Source: Candidatus Poribacteria bacterium
Lineage (GTDB): Bacteria > Poribacteria > WGA-4E > WGA-3G
Direction: 5' to 3'
Assembly (NCBI GenBank): GCA_026710795.1
Contig: JAPOQK010000007.1
Span: forward strand, 14,546 to 78,545
DNA: 64,000 nt
The notes below the pieces were generated by a model. The model saw nothing but the letters and a program-made list of their open reading frames with translations, was not told where the DNA came from and ran no database searches. This document shows, piece after piece, positions 29,290 to 38,397 of the stretch; the first letter of the stretch is position 1; every line of letters begins with the position of its first letter. Position numbers and translations under genes: made by a program.

Positions 29290-29634
29290 ATGCAAATTAA
29301 CCTAAGGCATAAAGGGAGTGTGATTATTTTAGATATTGAAGGTAACCTCGTCGGTCCTAATACAATTGAATTGAAAAAAATCATTGACGACCAAATCCGA
29401 ACATCAGGAGATGAACCAGTGTTCATGATTTTAAATTTGGAACGTGTCCAAATGATGGATAGTTCAGGGTTAGGTGTAATTGTGGCTGCTTATGCCTCTA
29501 TCAGACGGAATAATGGTAGAGTAGTGCTACTCAATATCGGTGGGAACATCAGAAGTCTTATTGTTATGGCAAAACTCGTGACAATATTTGACCGATACGA
29601 TACAGAAGCAGAAGCGATAGCAAGTTTTCTATAA
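29290..29634 (+). CDS. Second STAS-domain anti-sigma-factor antagonist
   Basis: 114 aa with MILNLERVQMMDSSGLGVIV; RBS ggaaggag upstream. Confidence 0.85.
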   Translation: MQINLRHKGSVIILDIEGNLVGPNTIELKKIIDDQIRTSGDEPVFMILNLERVQMMDSSGLGVIVAAYASIRRNNGRVVLLNIGGNIRSLIVMAKLVTIFDRYDTEAEAIASFL

Positions 29635-29674
29635 CGTCTGTAGGCATTAAACGATTCAGTTAGGTTGATGCATA

Positions 29675-30451
29675 ATGGAATTAAAAACCGAAACAGCACG
29701 AAATGCTGAAATCACTGAAGATAACATCAGTTTGTGGCATAAATGCTCACACTGTGGTGAAGTGTCTTTCCGAGGAGAATTAGAACGGAATGGATTTATC
29801 TGTCCGAAATGTAAGGAATTATTTGCTTTGTCAATTGAGAATCGGATTAAACTTCTTATCGGTGACGATTCACATTCTGATATTACAGAACCGCTTCCAG
29901 ATGAAACAAATAGTGAAAATGCGATTACAATTGATGTGATTGGTGTTGAGGAAAACATTGATGAGTTTCCTGTAAGTCTGTTTATCCTGCATCCTGATGC
30001 CGCATTGCAACCAAGACATTTGACGGAGTTTGCTGAAGCAATCACATGTGCATTGGAGAGAACTATTCCACTAATATCTGTATTTACTGCGAGTCCGATT
30101 GAAACGCAATGCTCCTATTCTGAAATCTTACCGTTGTATTTACAGTTGGAGCAGTTAGCACAAGTTCCTCTTCCACACCTAACTATCCTAACGGAAACCG
30201 ATGTTGATCAACTAACGTCACATCTACCACTTGGCGAAATCGTAATCGCAGAGAGTGCATCGCACATGGATAGTATGTCCCGTCCAAATCCGCAACCAGC
30301 CTTACATGCCCCTGAAGAACAACTCCTACCTGAGGACAATCGTGAACTAACTCCGGACATTAGTGTGGACTGCTATATCCCACGTGCGGAGTTGCACACT
30401 GTGTTGGTGCGGTTAATCAAGTTTTTTGCTACTTCCCCGAAAGATGATTGA
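29675..30451 (+). CDS. Degenerate AccD-like protein (zinc ribbon retained, carboxyltransferase motifs lost)
   Basis: 258 aa. LWHKCSHCGEVSFRGELERNGFICPKCKELF...ENRIKLL aligns with the AccD N-terminal C4 zinc ribbon. The GGSMG, SGGARMQE and MGGV glycine motifs are replaced here by HPDAALQ, ASPIETQ and ETDVDQL. Confidence 0.6.
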   Translation: MELKTETARNAEITEDNISLWHKCSHCGEVSFRGELERNGFICPKCKELFALSIENRIKLLIGDDSHSDITEPLPDETNSENAITIDVIGVEENIDEFPVSLFILHPDAALQPRHLTEFAEAITCALERTIPLISVFTASPIETQCSYSEILPLYLQLEQLAQVPLPHLTILTETDVDQLTSHLPLGEIVIAESASHMDSMSRPNPQPALHAPEEQLLPEDNRELTPDISVDCYIPRAELHTVLVRLIKFFATSPKDD

Positions 30452-30526
30452 ACATAACTACTAATAACAGCAATAAGTTCAACCTCCTACAAAAAACTAA
30501 GACAATTAAGTCTGCGGAAATATCTG

Positions 30527-31777
30527 ATGATGCAAACAGAACCTATTTTCAACGACAATTTGAAAAATGAATTTACCACTCGTTTTGGTTCTTCACCAGA
30601 ATTCATAGTATCTGCCCCAGGAAGGGTCAACCTTATTGGTGAACATACAGACTACAATGACGGTTTTGTGTTTCCTGTTGCGATTGATAAATACCTTCAT
30701 ATCGCCGCCAGTCCTCGTTCTGGTCGTCAAGTCCACTTGTATGCCTTAGATATGAATGAAGAAGCAATCTTCAGTTTAGATGCACCTGATGAGTCGGATA
30801 CACCTGCTTGGTGTAAATATCTAAAGGGTGTTGCGCACCTGCTACAAGAAATGGTATTAAGCAATATCGGACAGACTCTACAAGGAATGTCTGCTGTCAT
30901 TACTGGAAATGTTCCTATCGGAGCAGGACTAAGTTCCTCTGCTGCGCTTGAAGTCGCCTCCGCACTTGCTTTTTTGGGAGTGTGTGGACTTGAGATATCT
31001 AACACAGGGGTAGAAACAAAAGCCGATATTACTCTGATTGAATTGCCTCCAACAGAATTAGCAGCGTTATGCCAGCGTGCAGAAAACGAATTTGTAGGTG
31101 TAAACTGTGGTATAATGGATCCAACAATATCATTATTGGGTAAAACAGACCACGCATTATTTTTAGATTGTCGTACGCTCGGTTACGAACAGGTCCCGCT
31201 TAATTTAACAGATATTCTGCTCGTGATTTGTAATACTAATGTCAAACGCGAACTTGCTTCCTCCGAATATAATAAGCGTAGGACGGAATGTGAAAGAGGT
31301 GTTGAAATCATGCAGCAATGGATGCCTTCTATTACCTCGCTACGAGATGTGTCCTTGGAAGATTTCAAAAAATATGAAGCAGAATTGCCTCAGATAACAC
31401 AAAAAAGGTGTAGGTATGTTATTGAGGAGAACACACGTGTACAAAGTGCAGTATCTGCTCTTATAGCGAAGGACATTAGTACTTTTGGCACACTCATGAA
31501 TGAATCACATACAGGTTTACGCGATGCTTATGAAGTGAGTTGTGATGAGTTAAATGTGCTAACAGATATCGCACAGAATATTGATGGTGTCATCGGTGCA
31601 AGGATGACGGGAGCAGGTTTTGGAGGATGTACGGTCAATTTAGTCTATAGTGACGTTGTTGAGACCTTTCAGAACCGAATAATGAAAGAGTATACGCAAC
31701 GCACAGGTATTGAACCCGATATCTATGTATGTAACGTCGGTGACGGTGCACGAATTAATTGGCATACCGAAAGTTAG
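30527..31777 (+). CDS. galK: Galactokinase
   Basis: 416 aa with GRVNLIGEHTDYNDGFVFP and the GHMP motif PIGAGLSSSAALEVA. Confidence 0.9.
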   Translation: MMQTEPIFNDNLKNEFTTRFGSSPEFIVSAPGRVNLIGEHTDYNDGFVFPVAIDKYLHIAASPRSGRQVHLYALDMNEEAIFSLDAPDESDTPAWCKYLKGVAHLLQEMVLSNIGQTLQGMSAVITGNVPIGAGLSSSAALEVASALAFLGVCGLEISNTGVETKADITLIELPPTELAALCQRAENEFVGVNCGIMDPTISLLGKTDHALFLDCRTLGYEQVPLNLTDILLVICNTNVKRELASSEYNKRRTECERGVEIMQQWMPSITSLRDVSLEDFKKYEAELPQITQKRCRYVIEENTRVQSAVSALIAKDISTFGTLMNESHTGLRDAYEVSCDELNVLTDIAQNIDGVIGARMTGAGFGGCTVNLVYSDVVETFQNRIMKEYTQRTGIEPDIYVCNVGDGARINWHTES

Positions 31778-31847
31778 GAGGCTATTGGCAGTCAGTGATT
31801 TGGGTTTAGCATTGTGTTCCAAAAACAGAATACCGACAGCCACTAAT

Positions 31848-32810
31848 ATGAAATACAGTATCGGAATTGATCTTGGTGGAACAAATATTAAAGGTGGATT
31901 GTTGACGACAGATGGTAAACTTTCGTGTCGTACAGTCGTTTCTACTCATGTTAATGATGGAGCAAAAGCAATAGCTGCACGTATTGCGCAGACGATTCAA
32001 CAGGTTATTACGGAAGTAGATAAAGTAACACATCAAAACGGGGACTCCAAAAAGGAAATTATTGGCATCGGCTTAGGATCACCCGGTCTCATAGTAGCTG
32101 GTAGCGGTATTATCCACTTTTCACCGAACTTCCCAGGTTGGACCGATATTCCGCTTCTGGATTATGTATCCTACGAACTTGGTGATTTAGGCATACCTCT
32201 CTATATTGACAACGATGTGAATGTAATGGTGTTGGGAGAACTACACCACGGTGCTGGCATCGGATATGAAAATATAGTTGGACTCACCATCGGTACAGGT
32301 GTTGGTGGTGGTGTCGTCATCAACAGAAAGGTTTACCACGGGAGTTGGAATACAGCAGGTGAATTGGGACACACAGTTGTTCAACCCAATGGTCGTAAAT
32401 GTGGGTGTGGTAATCAAGGTTGTCTTGAGGCTTATGCTGGTGCAAGGCATATCGTCGAACGAACACAGCAGCAAATTATAGAAGGACGGAAAACCTGTTT
32501 GAATCCTGAAGGGTTGACTCCGAAGCAAATTGCTGAAGCAGCTGCTGTGGGAGATGAACTTGCACAAGATATTTTTGCCGAGACTGGAAAATATATTGGT
32601 ATAGCGTTGACATCAATAGCACATATTCTAAACCCTCAAATAGCGATCATCGGCGGTGGGATTGCCGCAGCAGGAGAAGACCTACTCTTTCAACATATTC
32701 GTGAAGAATTCAAGAGACGAACTATGGATATTCCTGGAGAAATGGAAATTGTTCCAGCAAAATTAGGGAACGAAGCGGGGCTCGTTGGCGCAGCTATGTT
32801 ACCGTATTAG
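31848..32810 (+). CDS. ROK-family glucokinase
   Basis: MKYSIGIDLGGTNIKGG and the ROK zinc motif GHTVV...GRKCGCGNQGCLEAY. The start was moved from the track position 31710, which overlaps galK, to ATG 31848. Confidence 0.85.
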   Translation: MKYSIGIDLGGTNIKGGLLTTDGKLSCRTVVSTHVNDGAKAIAARIAQTIQQVITEVDKVTHQNGDSKKEIIGIGLGSPGLIVAGSGIIHFSPNFPGWTDIPLLDYVSYELGDLGIPLYIDNDVNVMVLGELHHGAGIGYENIVGLTIGTGVGGGVVINRKVYHGSWNTAGELGHTVVQPNGRKCGCGNQGCLEAYAGARHIVERTQQQIIEGRKTCLNPEGLTPKQIAEAAAVGDELAQDIFAETGKYIGIALTSIAHILNPQIAIIGGGIAAAGEDLLFQHIREEFKRRTMDIPGEMEIVPAKLGNEAGLVGAAMLPY

Positions 32811-32842
32811 TTGATGGTTAAAGAAGGAGGACATACGTTTAA

Positions 32843-33520
32843 ATGATGCATTTCTGTGAGACTACTGATATAAGATATAATACATATTTGTTTTGGAGGC
32901 GTACATTTCAACTATCTGTTATGGTCGTTCTGTCCGTATCCTTGTTTGGATGTGCAAAGATGGGGAATTTTGCTGCTGACATCTTCCGACCTGAAAGGAT
33001 TGTTCCTGTTTTCGACCCGGATGCAACAATTACACTACAGACAGGCACCGTTATTTATGTAGAGAATGGGATAGTAGCAATGGCAGTTCCACTACATGAT
33101 GTAAAAAACGTTGTTGGATTTGGAATCCTTATTTACAACAAAACAGATCACTGGATCACTCTAAATAGACAAGATTGTCAAATGCTTGATCAATCGAAGA
33201 ATATGATAAAACAGATAGACAAATCGCAGCATTCGTTTTATTTTAAAAGGAATTTTAGACCGAAATTACCACCTGAATTCGCAGCAGATGTTTTCCGATA
33301 TGACAAGACTATACGAGTACAAGGAGACCATGCTATTCTACCAACAGAAGATTTGTTGAAAACGAACATTATGCCAAAAAACAGTTCGAAATTCTTTATC
33401 TATTTTCCAAAAAGCAGCGCAAAATCTACGAATTTGCGGGTTATTGTCCCCAAAGTTACGAGCGAATTCAATGGTCAGCAAACAACGTTTGTTTTCAAAT
33501 TTAGAGTGCAGCGGGATTAA
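32843..33520 (+). CDS. Hypothetical lipoprotein
   Basis: 225 aa with RBS ggagga upstream and lipobox SLFGC. No recognisable domain. Confidence 0.5.
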   Translation: MMHFCETTDIRYNTYLFWRRTFQLSVMVVLSVSLFGCAKMGNFAADIFRPERIVPVFDPDATITLQTGTVIYVENGIVAMAVPLHDVKNVVGFGILIYNKTDHWITLNRQDCQMLDQSKNMIKQIDKSQHSFYFKRNFRPKLPPEFAADVFRYDKTIRVQGDHAILPTEDLLKTNIMPKNSSKFFIYFPKSSAKSTNLRVIVPKVTSEFNGQQTTFVFKFRVQRD

Positions 33521-34634
33521 TAACAAATTAATCCGAAATAGAAAAGGTTCAGCTTTAAGAACCTCAATCCTTTTGTTTATTTCTATCAAAACCGAATCAA
33601 AAAAGTTACTTTACTGCGGAACTATATTCTTATGTGTCGCCCTCCTCGGTTTTATGAGTTGTACTGTTCCGGTACCGGATGGTGTAGGTAATCCACGACC
33701 TACGATAACTCCTAATGTAGATATTGTCCCTTCAATAAGAGCGCGCGAAATTCCTCCAATATTAGGTGTCCGTTATATTAAAACTCTCGGTAGAACTGGA
33801 CAAGGTGCAGGTGAATTTCTTATGCCTATGGGTTTGGTTATTGATGCTTATGGACAGTTGTACGTGGCAGATGCTGGGAACAACCGAGTCCAAGTGATTG
33901 ACACAAACGGGAATTTCGTCTCGGAATTTGGAAGTTACGGGTGGCGTGAGGGTGAATTTGACTATCCTAATGATGTGGCACTCAGCTTAGACACCATCTA
34001 TGTTGCAGACACAGGGAACAACCGAGTTCAGTACTGTAATCTGATAAATCGGATATTTTATCCAATCACACCTATTTCCGAAGATTTACAATTTGAAAGT
34101 CCTGAAGGTGTATCGATAGGCAGGAACGGGGAAGTGTATGTGGTTGATACCTTCAATCACCGTTGGGTTCAATTTAGTAGGAACCTTGTGCCGGGACTCG
34201 CAATGGGACGGTTCGGTAGTGGTCGAGAGCAGTTTTGGAATCCCACTGATCTTGTTGTTAACCCGCATGGAAATGTTTACGTAGTGGATACGGGTAATCA
34301 TCGTATTGTGAGTTACGATTTCAGTGGAAATCCCACCCGTTCGTGGGGTGAAGAGGGTAGGGAACTTGGACAATTCCGAGAACCGAAAAGGCTTGCCATA
34401 GACACATGGAGCTATCTATATGTCACAGATAGCGGTAATAGAAGAATTCAGGTTTTCACCTCAGAAGGACGTGCTGTAATTGAATTCACTGTGAAGACAT
34501 TATTGAATCCTTGTGGTATCGCTGTTTCACAGAAAGGACAGGTCTTTGTCAGTGACACGAATGCTGGGGACATTAAAGTTTTTCAGGTGATATTCAAGAA
34601 GAATTCTACATCAGATACAAAAGAAGCAGAATAA
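33444..34634 (+). CDS. NHL-repeat six-bladed beta-propeller lipoprotein
   Basis: Six NHL units (YVADAGNNRVQVID, YVADTGNNRVQY, YVVDTFNHRWVQF, YVVDTGNHRIVSYD, YVTDSGNRRIQVF, FVSDTNAGDIKVF) and lipobox LLGFMSC. The true start is probably downstream of the previous stop, for example TTG 33573. Confidence 0.8.
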   Translation: MSPKLRANSMVSKQRLFSNLECSGINNKLIRNRKGSALRTSILLFISIKTESKKLLYCGTIFLCVALLGFMSCTVPVPDGVGNPRPTITPNVDIVPSIRAREIPPILGVRYIKTLGRTGQGAGEFLMPMGLVIDAYGQLYVADAGNNRVQVIDTNGNFVSEFGSYGWREGEFDYPNDVALSLDTIYVADTGNNRVQYCNLINRIFYPITPISEDLQFESPEGVSIGRNGEVYVVDTFNHRWVQFSRNLVPGLAMGRFGSGREQFWNPTDLVVNPHGNVYVVDTGNHRIVSYDFSGNPTRSWGEEGRELGQFREPKRLAIDTWSYLYVTDSGNRRIQVFTSEGRAVIEFTVKTLLNPCGIAVSQKGQVFVSDTNAGDIKVFQVIFKKNSTSDTKEAE

Positions 34635-34676
34635 GAAAAACAGAATTGAAGGGACAAAGAGCGGAAAGTTAGAAGA

Positions 34677-37600
34677 ATGGTACGACATACAAAAATCCTG
34701 CTTTCCATGCTTCTGTTTCTTTTTTGTTTTCATTTGGTATGTTGTTTGAACCGGTCAGACGCGCAAACGGAACCACAAAAACAGAACCCTCCCCTAAATT
34801 TATCCATTTTTTCCGTTATTGATAAGACAGAGAGTTTTCAATTGAAGGCAAACGAATCGGAATGGGTGGCTAAATACACACCTATTTTCGCTAATAGCGA
34901 ACAGATAATGGACAATAGAGGACAGAAACTCGTCAGTGGTAAAGATTACCAGATTGATTACGCAACGGGGAAAATTATCTTTAATAAATCTGTTTTGCCA
35001 GAAAAAGACGTAAAATGGACAATAACTTATCGCGTAATCCCTTTCAATATCCTAAAGATATATAAGCGAGACCTATTCGGATCATCCGTTGATGATCAGA
35101 CAGATGCAATGTCAAAAAATGGTGTCCCTCCTGATGTAGAAAGACCTCAGACATCTGTTTCAAGAATTCCTGATTCAACTTCACCTTCACAGTTAGAATA
35201 TTCGGGTAGCCGTACGTTTGGTATTTCGGTTGGCAGTGGTCGCTCATTATCGCAAAACCAGGAATTCCGTATCAATGTCAGAGGAAACGTCTCAGAAAAC
35301 ATAGAAGTGTTGGCAATGCTCTCAGACCAAGATTTGCCTATTCAACCGGAGGGAATGACCGAGGATATTCAGGACATCAATCAGAAACTCATCCGTATCA
35401 TGCATCCGAACGTCACAGGCACTTTAGGTGACTTCAATGCGACCTTAGGTCCATCTGAATTTATCTTTTTTCCACGTGCATTAGAAGGTGTCAAGGTTGA
35501 TGGTGATTTTGAGTGGGGTAGATTCCATATCATTCCGAGTGCGCTCCCAAAGGGACAGTCCACCAGCAAGGTGATTCGTGGACAGGAGGGACGTAGTGAA
35601 TATCGGCTTGATGTGAATAATCAGTTTGTTATTGTCAAGGCAGGTAGTGAGCTCGTTTGGTTGAACGGTGAGAAGATGCGGCGCGGTGAAAACAACGATT
35701 ATATTATCCGTGAATACGGTGATCCAATTATTGAGTTTAACAGCAAGCATCTGATAACAAGCAACGATGTAATCCGCGTTGATTTTGAATATATTCCGGA
35801 AGACCGATCCTATCAACAGAATCTTTATGGGATAAACTCGGTTTTGAAGTTACCTGGGGACTGGTTGTCACTCGGTGCTTCCTACGCTGTAGAATCGGAT
35901 TTAGATGACCCCGAACAAGCTTTAGTCCTGCTTGATGACGAGGACCTGGATGCTCTCCGATTAAATATGCTGGATCCAGATGGAGATGGAAGAATTCTTG
36001 TTCCTCCGCAAAAACACACGGTGTGGGGTCTGGAAAGTCGTCTGAATCTTACTGAACAGACGTGGGTTGATGGGGAACTTGCTTTTAGCGCGATTGATAA
36101 GAATACCTATTCTACCGTAGACAGAAAAGAGGTTAGTCAAGCTTGGAAACTTATCGGTAACACAGGATTGGACATTCCAACATGGAATAACAAGCTGCGT
36201 CCTAAACTGATAGGAAATTTTGATGTGCGTGCGATGGACGCGAATTTTCTACCTGTTGGTGCTTCACGGGGTAATCGAAATCGTGGTAGGTATGACACAC
36301 AGTATGCGACAGAAGGATTTGAGGATGCGCTTCTGTTTGATACGACCTCTTTTTCACAAGCATCCGATGAACAAACTGTAAATCTTGATTTCAAGTTATT
36401 GCCATATCAGTGGTTACAATTTGGTGTGGGTGGCGGTAGAACGATTGAGGTTGCGGTGGACGGACCAACAACACATCGCAATAATTACAATTGGGGGGCA
36501 AATTTCACACCGCGGATAAACAGAGGCAGAGGTGTCCAACTTACCTCTCCACAAGCACAAGATCTGTTTCGACCTTCCTCACAGTACCAAGTTGGAGATA
36601 TACGCAGAAAGAATCCTGCAGAAAGTGATCTTTCACAAAATACGATGGCAGGTAAAACGTCATTTCTACAAAGGTTGCCGAATCTCCGTTGGAATGACTA
36701 TCGGAGTACGTCTCTTATAGAACCAGACGAGGACACATCAGAAAGCAAAGAAAACTTTCGAAAGTCGCGCCAAGAGGGGAGTATTTCTTACTTGTTGTCT
36801 CCATTTGAATTTGTCGGTACTCTTAATCGTTTCTCTTCGATTGATAATTTCACGGCTTCTCGCAACCGCAGACGGGATCGGACTTCTGGACGTGTTAATT
36901 TGGTTGATTTCAAGTGGGTTTCCGTCAACACAAGCTACGAATTGGAACAGTCTTTTGCAAAAGAACCATTGTTGGCACTGGATGGTGAGGCATTAGGGAT
37001 TTCTGACTGGATGCGTGCTACTACAGCGCGGACGTGGAAAGTAGGTCTCTTTTCACAGCAGGGGACCTGGGTAAATATAAGGAGCAACCTTGCACGTCGA
37101 ATGGTAAAAGCGCATTCAGAACTCGGTGCCGATACAACAACGCAGTTAGCAGATACTACCCTTAATTTCTCTCCCCTCAACCGGGCAATTAACGTTGAAG
37201 TTACCTACGAATTGGATAAAAAACTGACAACACAACGTAGAGAGATTTATACTGATATTCACCCACTTACAGGACATAGAATCCAACCCGGTGAAGGATT
37301 TTACGTGAGGTTAGATGACTTGCGTTATGTGGAAGATGCCACGGAAGGCACGTATATAAAAATATACCAGAATGTTGGAGACAAACCGACAACAGCGGTT
37401 GATGCTTCCTTCCGTCTCCGACTTCAACCTCGTCAGTTTTTTGCCCGTCGTTCCCGAAGCCAACGAAATTTGGGTAGAACAGGATTTTCCAATCGATTAT
37501 CCGGTACCACAACTCCTCCTACTGAAAGTCAAAAACCTGAAAATGAAAGTAGAAAGCCATTTACATGGTTTTTAAATGCAATCAGTTCCGAATCGCGCTT

Positions 37601-38384
37601 GTGGCTGACAGAGGAACAGGAAGCGGAAGATACCATTTCTCTATATCTACTCCAAAGTATTCAAGGTTCAGATACGTTATTTGGACGAGTGAAGCACATT
37701 CATCGGGTTGCATTCTCTCCATCACCGCTGTTCAGTTTTGAAGTCAATCTGGAGACGGGACGGTCGCTCAATCGTCGGATTAATACGCAGGAACGACATC
37801 GAAATCATAGGGCGTGGGAGACATCTTTTTCAGTAAATCCCACCCAACGTTTTTCTTTCGGTGCCAACTGGGAGCAACGTAGAGAAACTGAGAAATATAG
37901 TCAATTGAATATCTTTGATGATGTAGATGGGGTTTCCAACCCCGATTTGCATCCACCTACGCCGATTTCTGACCTTCGCCAATTTGAGCAGGTAACAGAA
38001 TTGAAACTGCGGTATGAAATCAGTCGCGCGCTACGATGGGACGGTACAAGTGGATATAAACGCACCACCGACATAGAACATCTTGATGATGAAGACGATG
38101 CAAAGACCCGTACCTTCTCCTTTAAAAATCGTATCACATATGGTATATTTGACAAAGGAGGAATGGAAGTTTACCATACCCTCAGATATGGTAAAAGCGA
38201 TGGTGGTATCCCTTATGCACAGTACTATTTTTATGAAGGGATTAGTCATGAGATTTTTGCCGAAGCAGATTATAAGTTACGCAAATTTACCGATCTCATA
38301 TTTCGACTGAATTACCGTTTGCTTTCAACAAAGCAGCGCAAACCTGAACACCGTTTAGAAATGACTGTTAGCGCGGAGTTATAA
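34677..38384 (+). CDS. Very large secreted protein of unknown function
   Basis: 1235-aa uninterrupted ORF with a signal peptide (LLFLFCFHLVCC...SDAQ). No motif recognised. Confidence 0.6.
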   Translation: MVRHTKILLSMLLFLFCFHLVCCLNRSDAQTEPQKQNPPLNLSIFSVIDKTESFQLKANESEWVAKYTPIFANSEQIMDNRGQKLVSGKDYQIDYATGKIIFNKSVLPEKDVKWTITYRVIPFNILKIYKRDLFGSSVDDQTDAMSKNGVPPDVERPQTSVSRIPDSTSPSQLEYSGSRTFGISVGSGRSLSQNQEFRINVRGNVSENIEVLAMLSDQDLPIQPEGMTEDIQDINQKLIRIMHPNVTGTLGDFNATLGPSEFIFFPRALEGVKVDGDFEWGRFHIIPSALPKGQSTSKVIRGQEGRSEYRLDVNNQFVIVKAGSELVWLNGEKMRRGENNDYIIREYGDPIIEFNSKHLITSNDVIRVDFEYIPEDRSYQQNLYGINSVLKLPGDWLSLGASYAVESDLDDPEQALVLLDDEDLDALRLNMLDPDGDGRILVPPQKHTVWGLESRLNLTEQTWVDGELAFSAIDKNTYSTVDRKEVSQAWKLIGNTGLDIPTWNNKLRPKLIGNFDVRAMDANFLPVGASRGNRNRGRYDTQYATEGFEDALLFDTTSFSQASDEQTVNLDFKLLPYQWLQFGVGGGRTIEVAVDGPTTHRNNYNWGANFTPRINRGRGVQLTSPQAQDLFRPSSQYQVGDIRRKNPAESDLSQNTMAGKTSFLQRLPNLRWNDYRSTSLIEPDEDTSESKENFRKSRQEGSISYLLSPFEFVGTLNRFSSIDNFTASRNRRRDRTSGRVNLVDFKWVSVNTSYELEQSFAKEPLLALDGEALGISDWMRATTARTWKVGLFSQQGTWVNIRSNLARRMVKAHSELGADTTTQLADTTLNFSPLNRAINVEVTYELDKKLTTQRREIYTDIHPLTGHRIQPGEGFYVRLDDLRYVEDATEGTYIKIYQNVGDKPTTAVDASFRLRLQPRQFFARRSRSQRNLGRTGFSNRLSGTTTPPTESQKPENESRKPFTWFLNAISSESRLWLTEEQEAEDTISLYLLQSIQGSDTLFGRVKHIHRVAFSPSPLFSFEVNLETGRSLNRRINTQERHRNHRAWETSFSVNPTQRFSFGANWEQRRETEKYSQLNIFDDVDGVSNPDLHPPTPISDLRQFEQVTELKLRYEISRALRWDGTSGYKRTTDIEHLDDEDDAKTRTFSFKNRITYGIFDKGGMEVYHTLRYGKSDGGIPYAQYYFYEGISHEIFAEADYKLRKFTDLIFRLNYRLLSTKQRKPEHRLEMTVSAEL

Positions 38385-38397
38385 GTAAGCAGATACA

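Noticed and set aside
34677-38384. Assigning the 1235-aa protein as a T9SS SprA-like translocon, because of the nearby C25/CTD protein
   Set aside because: It is half the size of characterised SprA, and I could not recognise any diagnostic motif. The idea is left as something to test, not a call.
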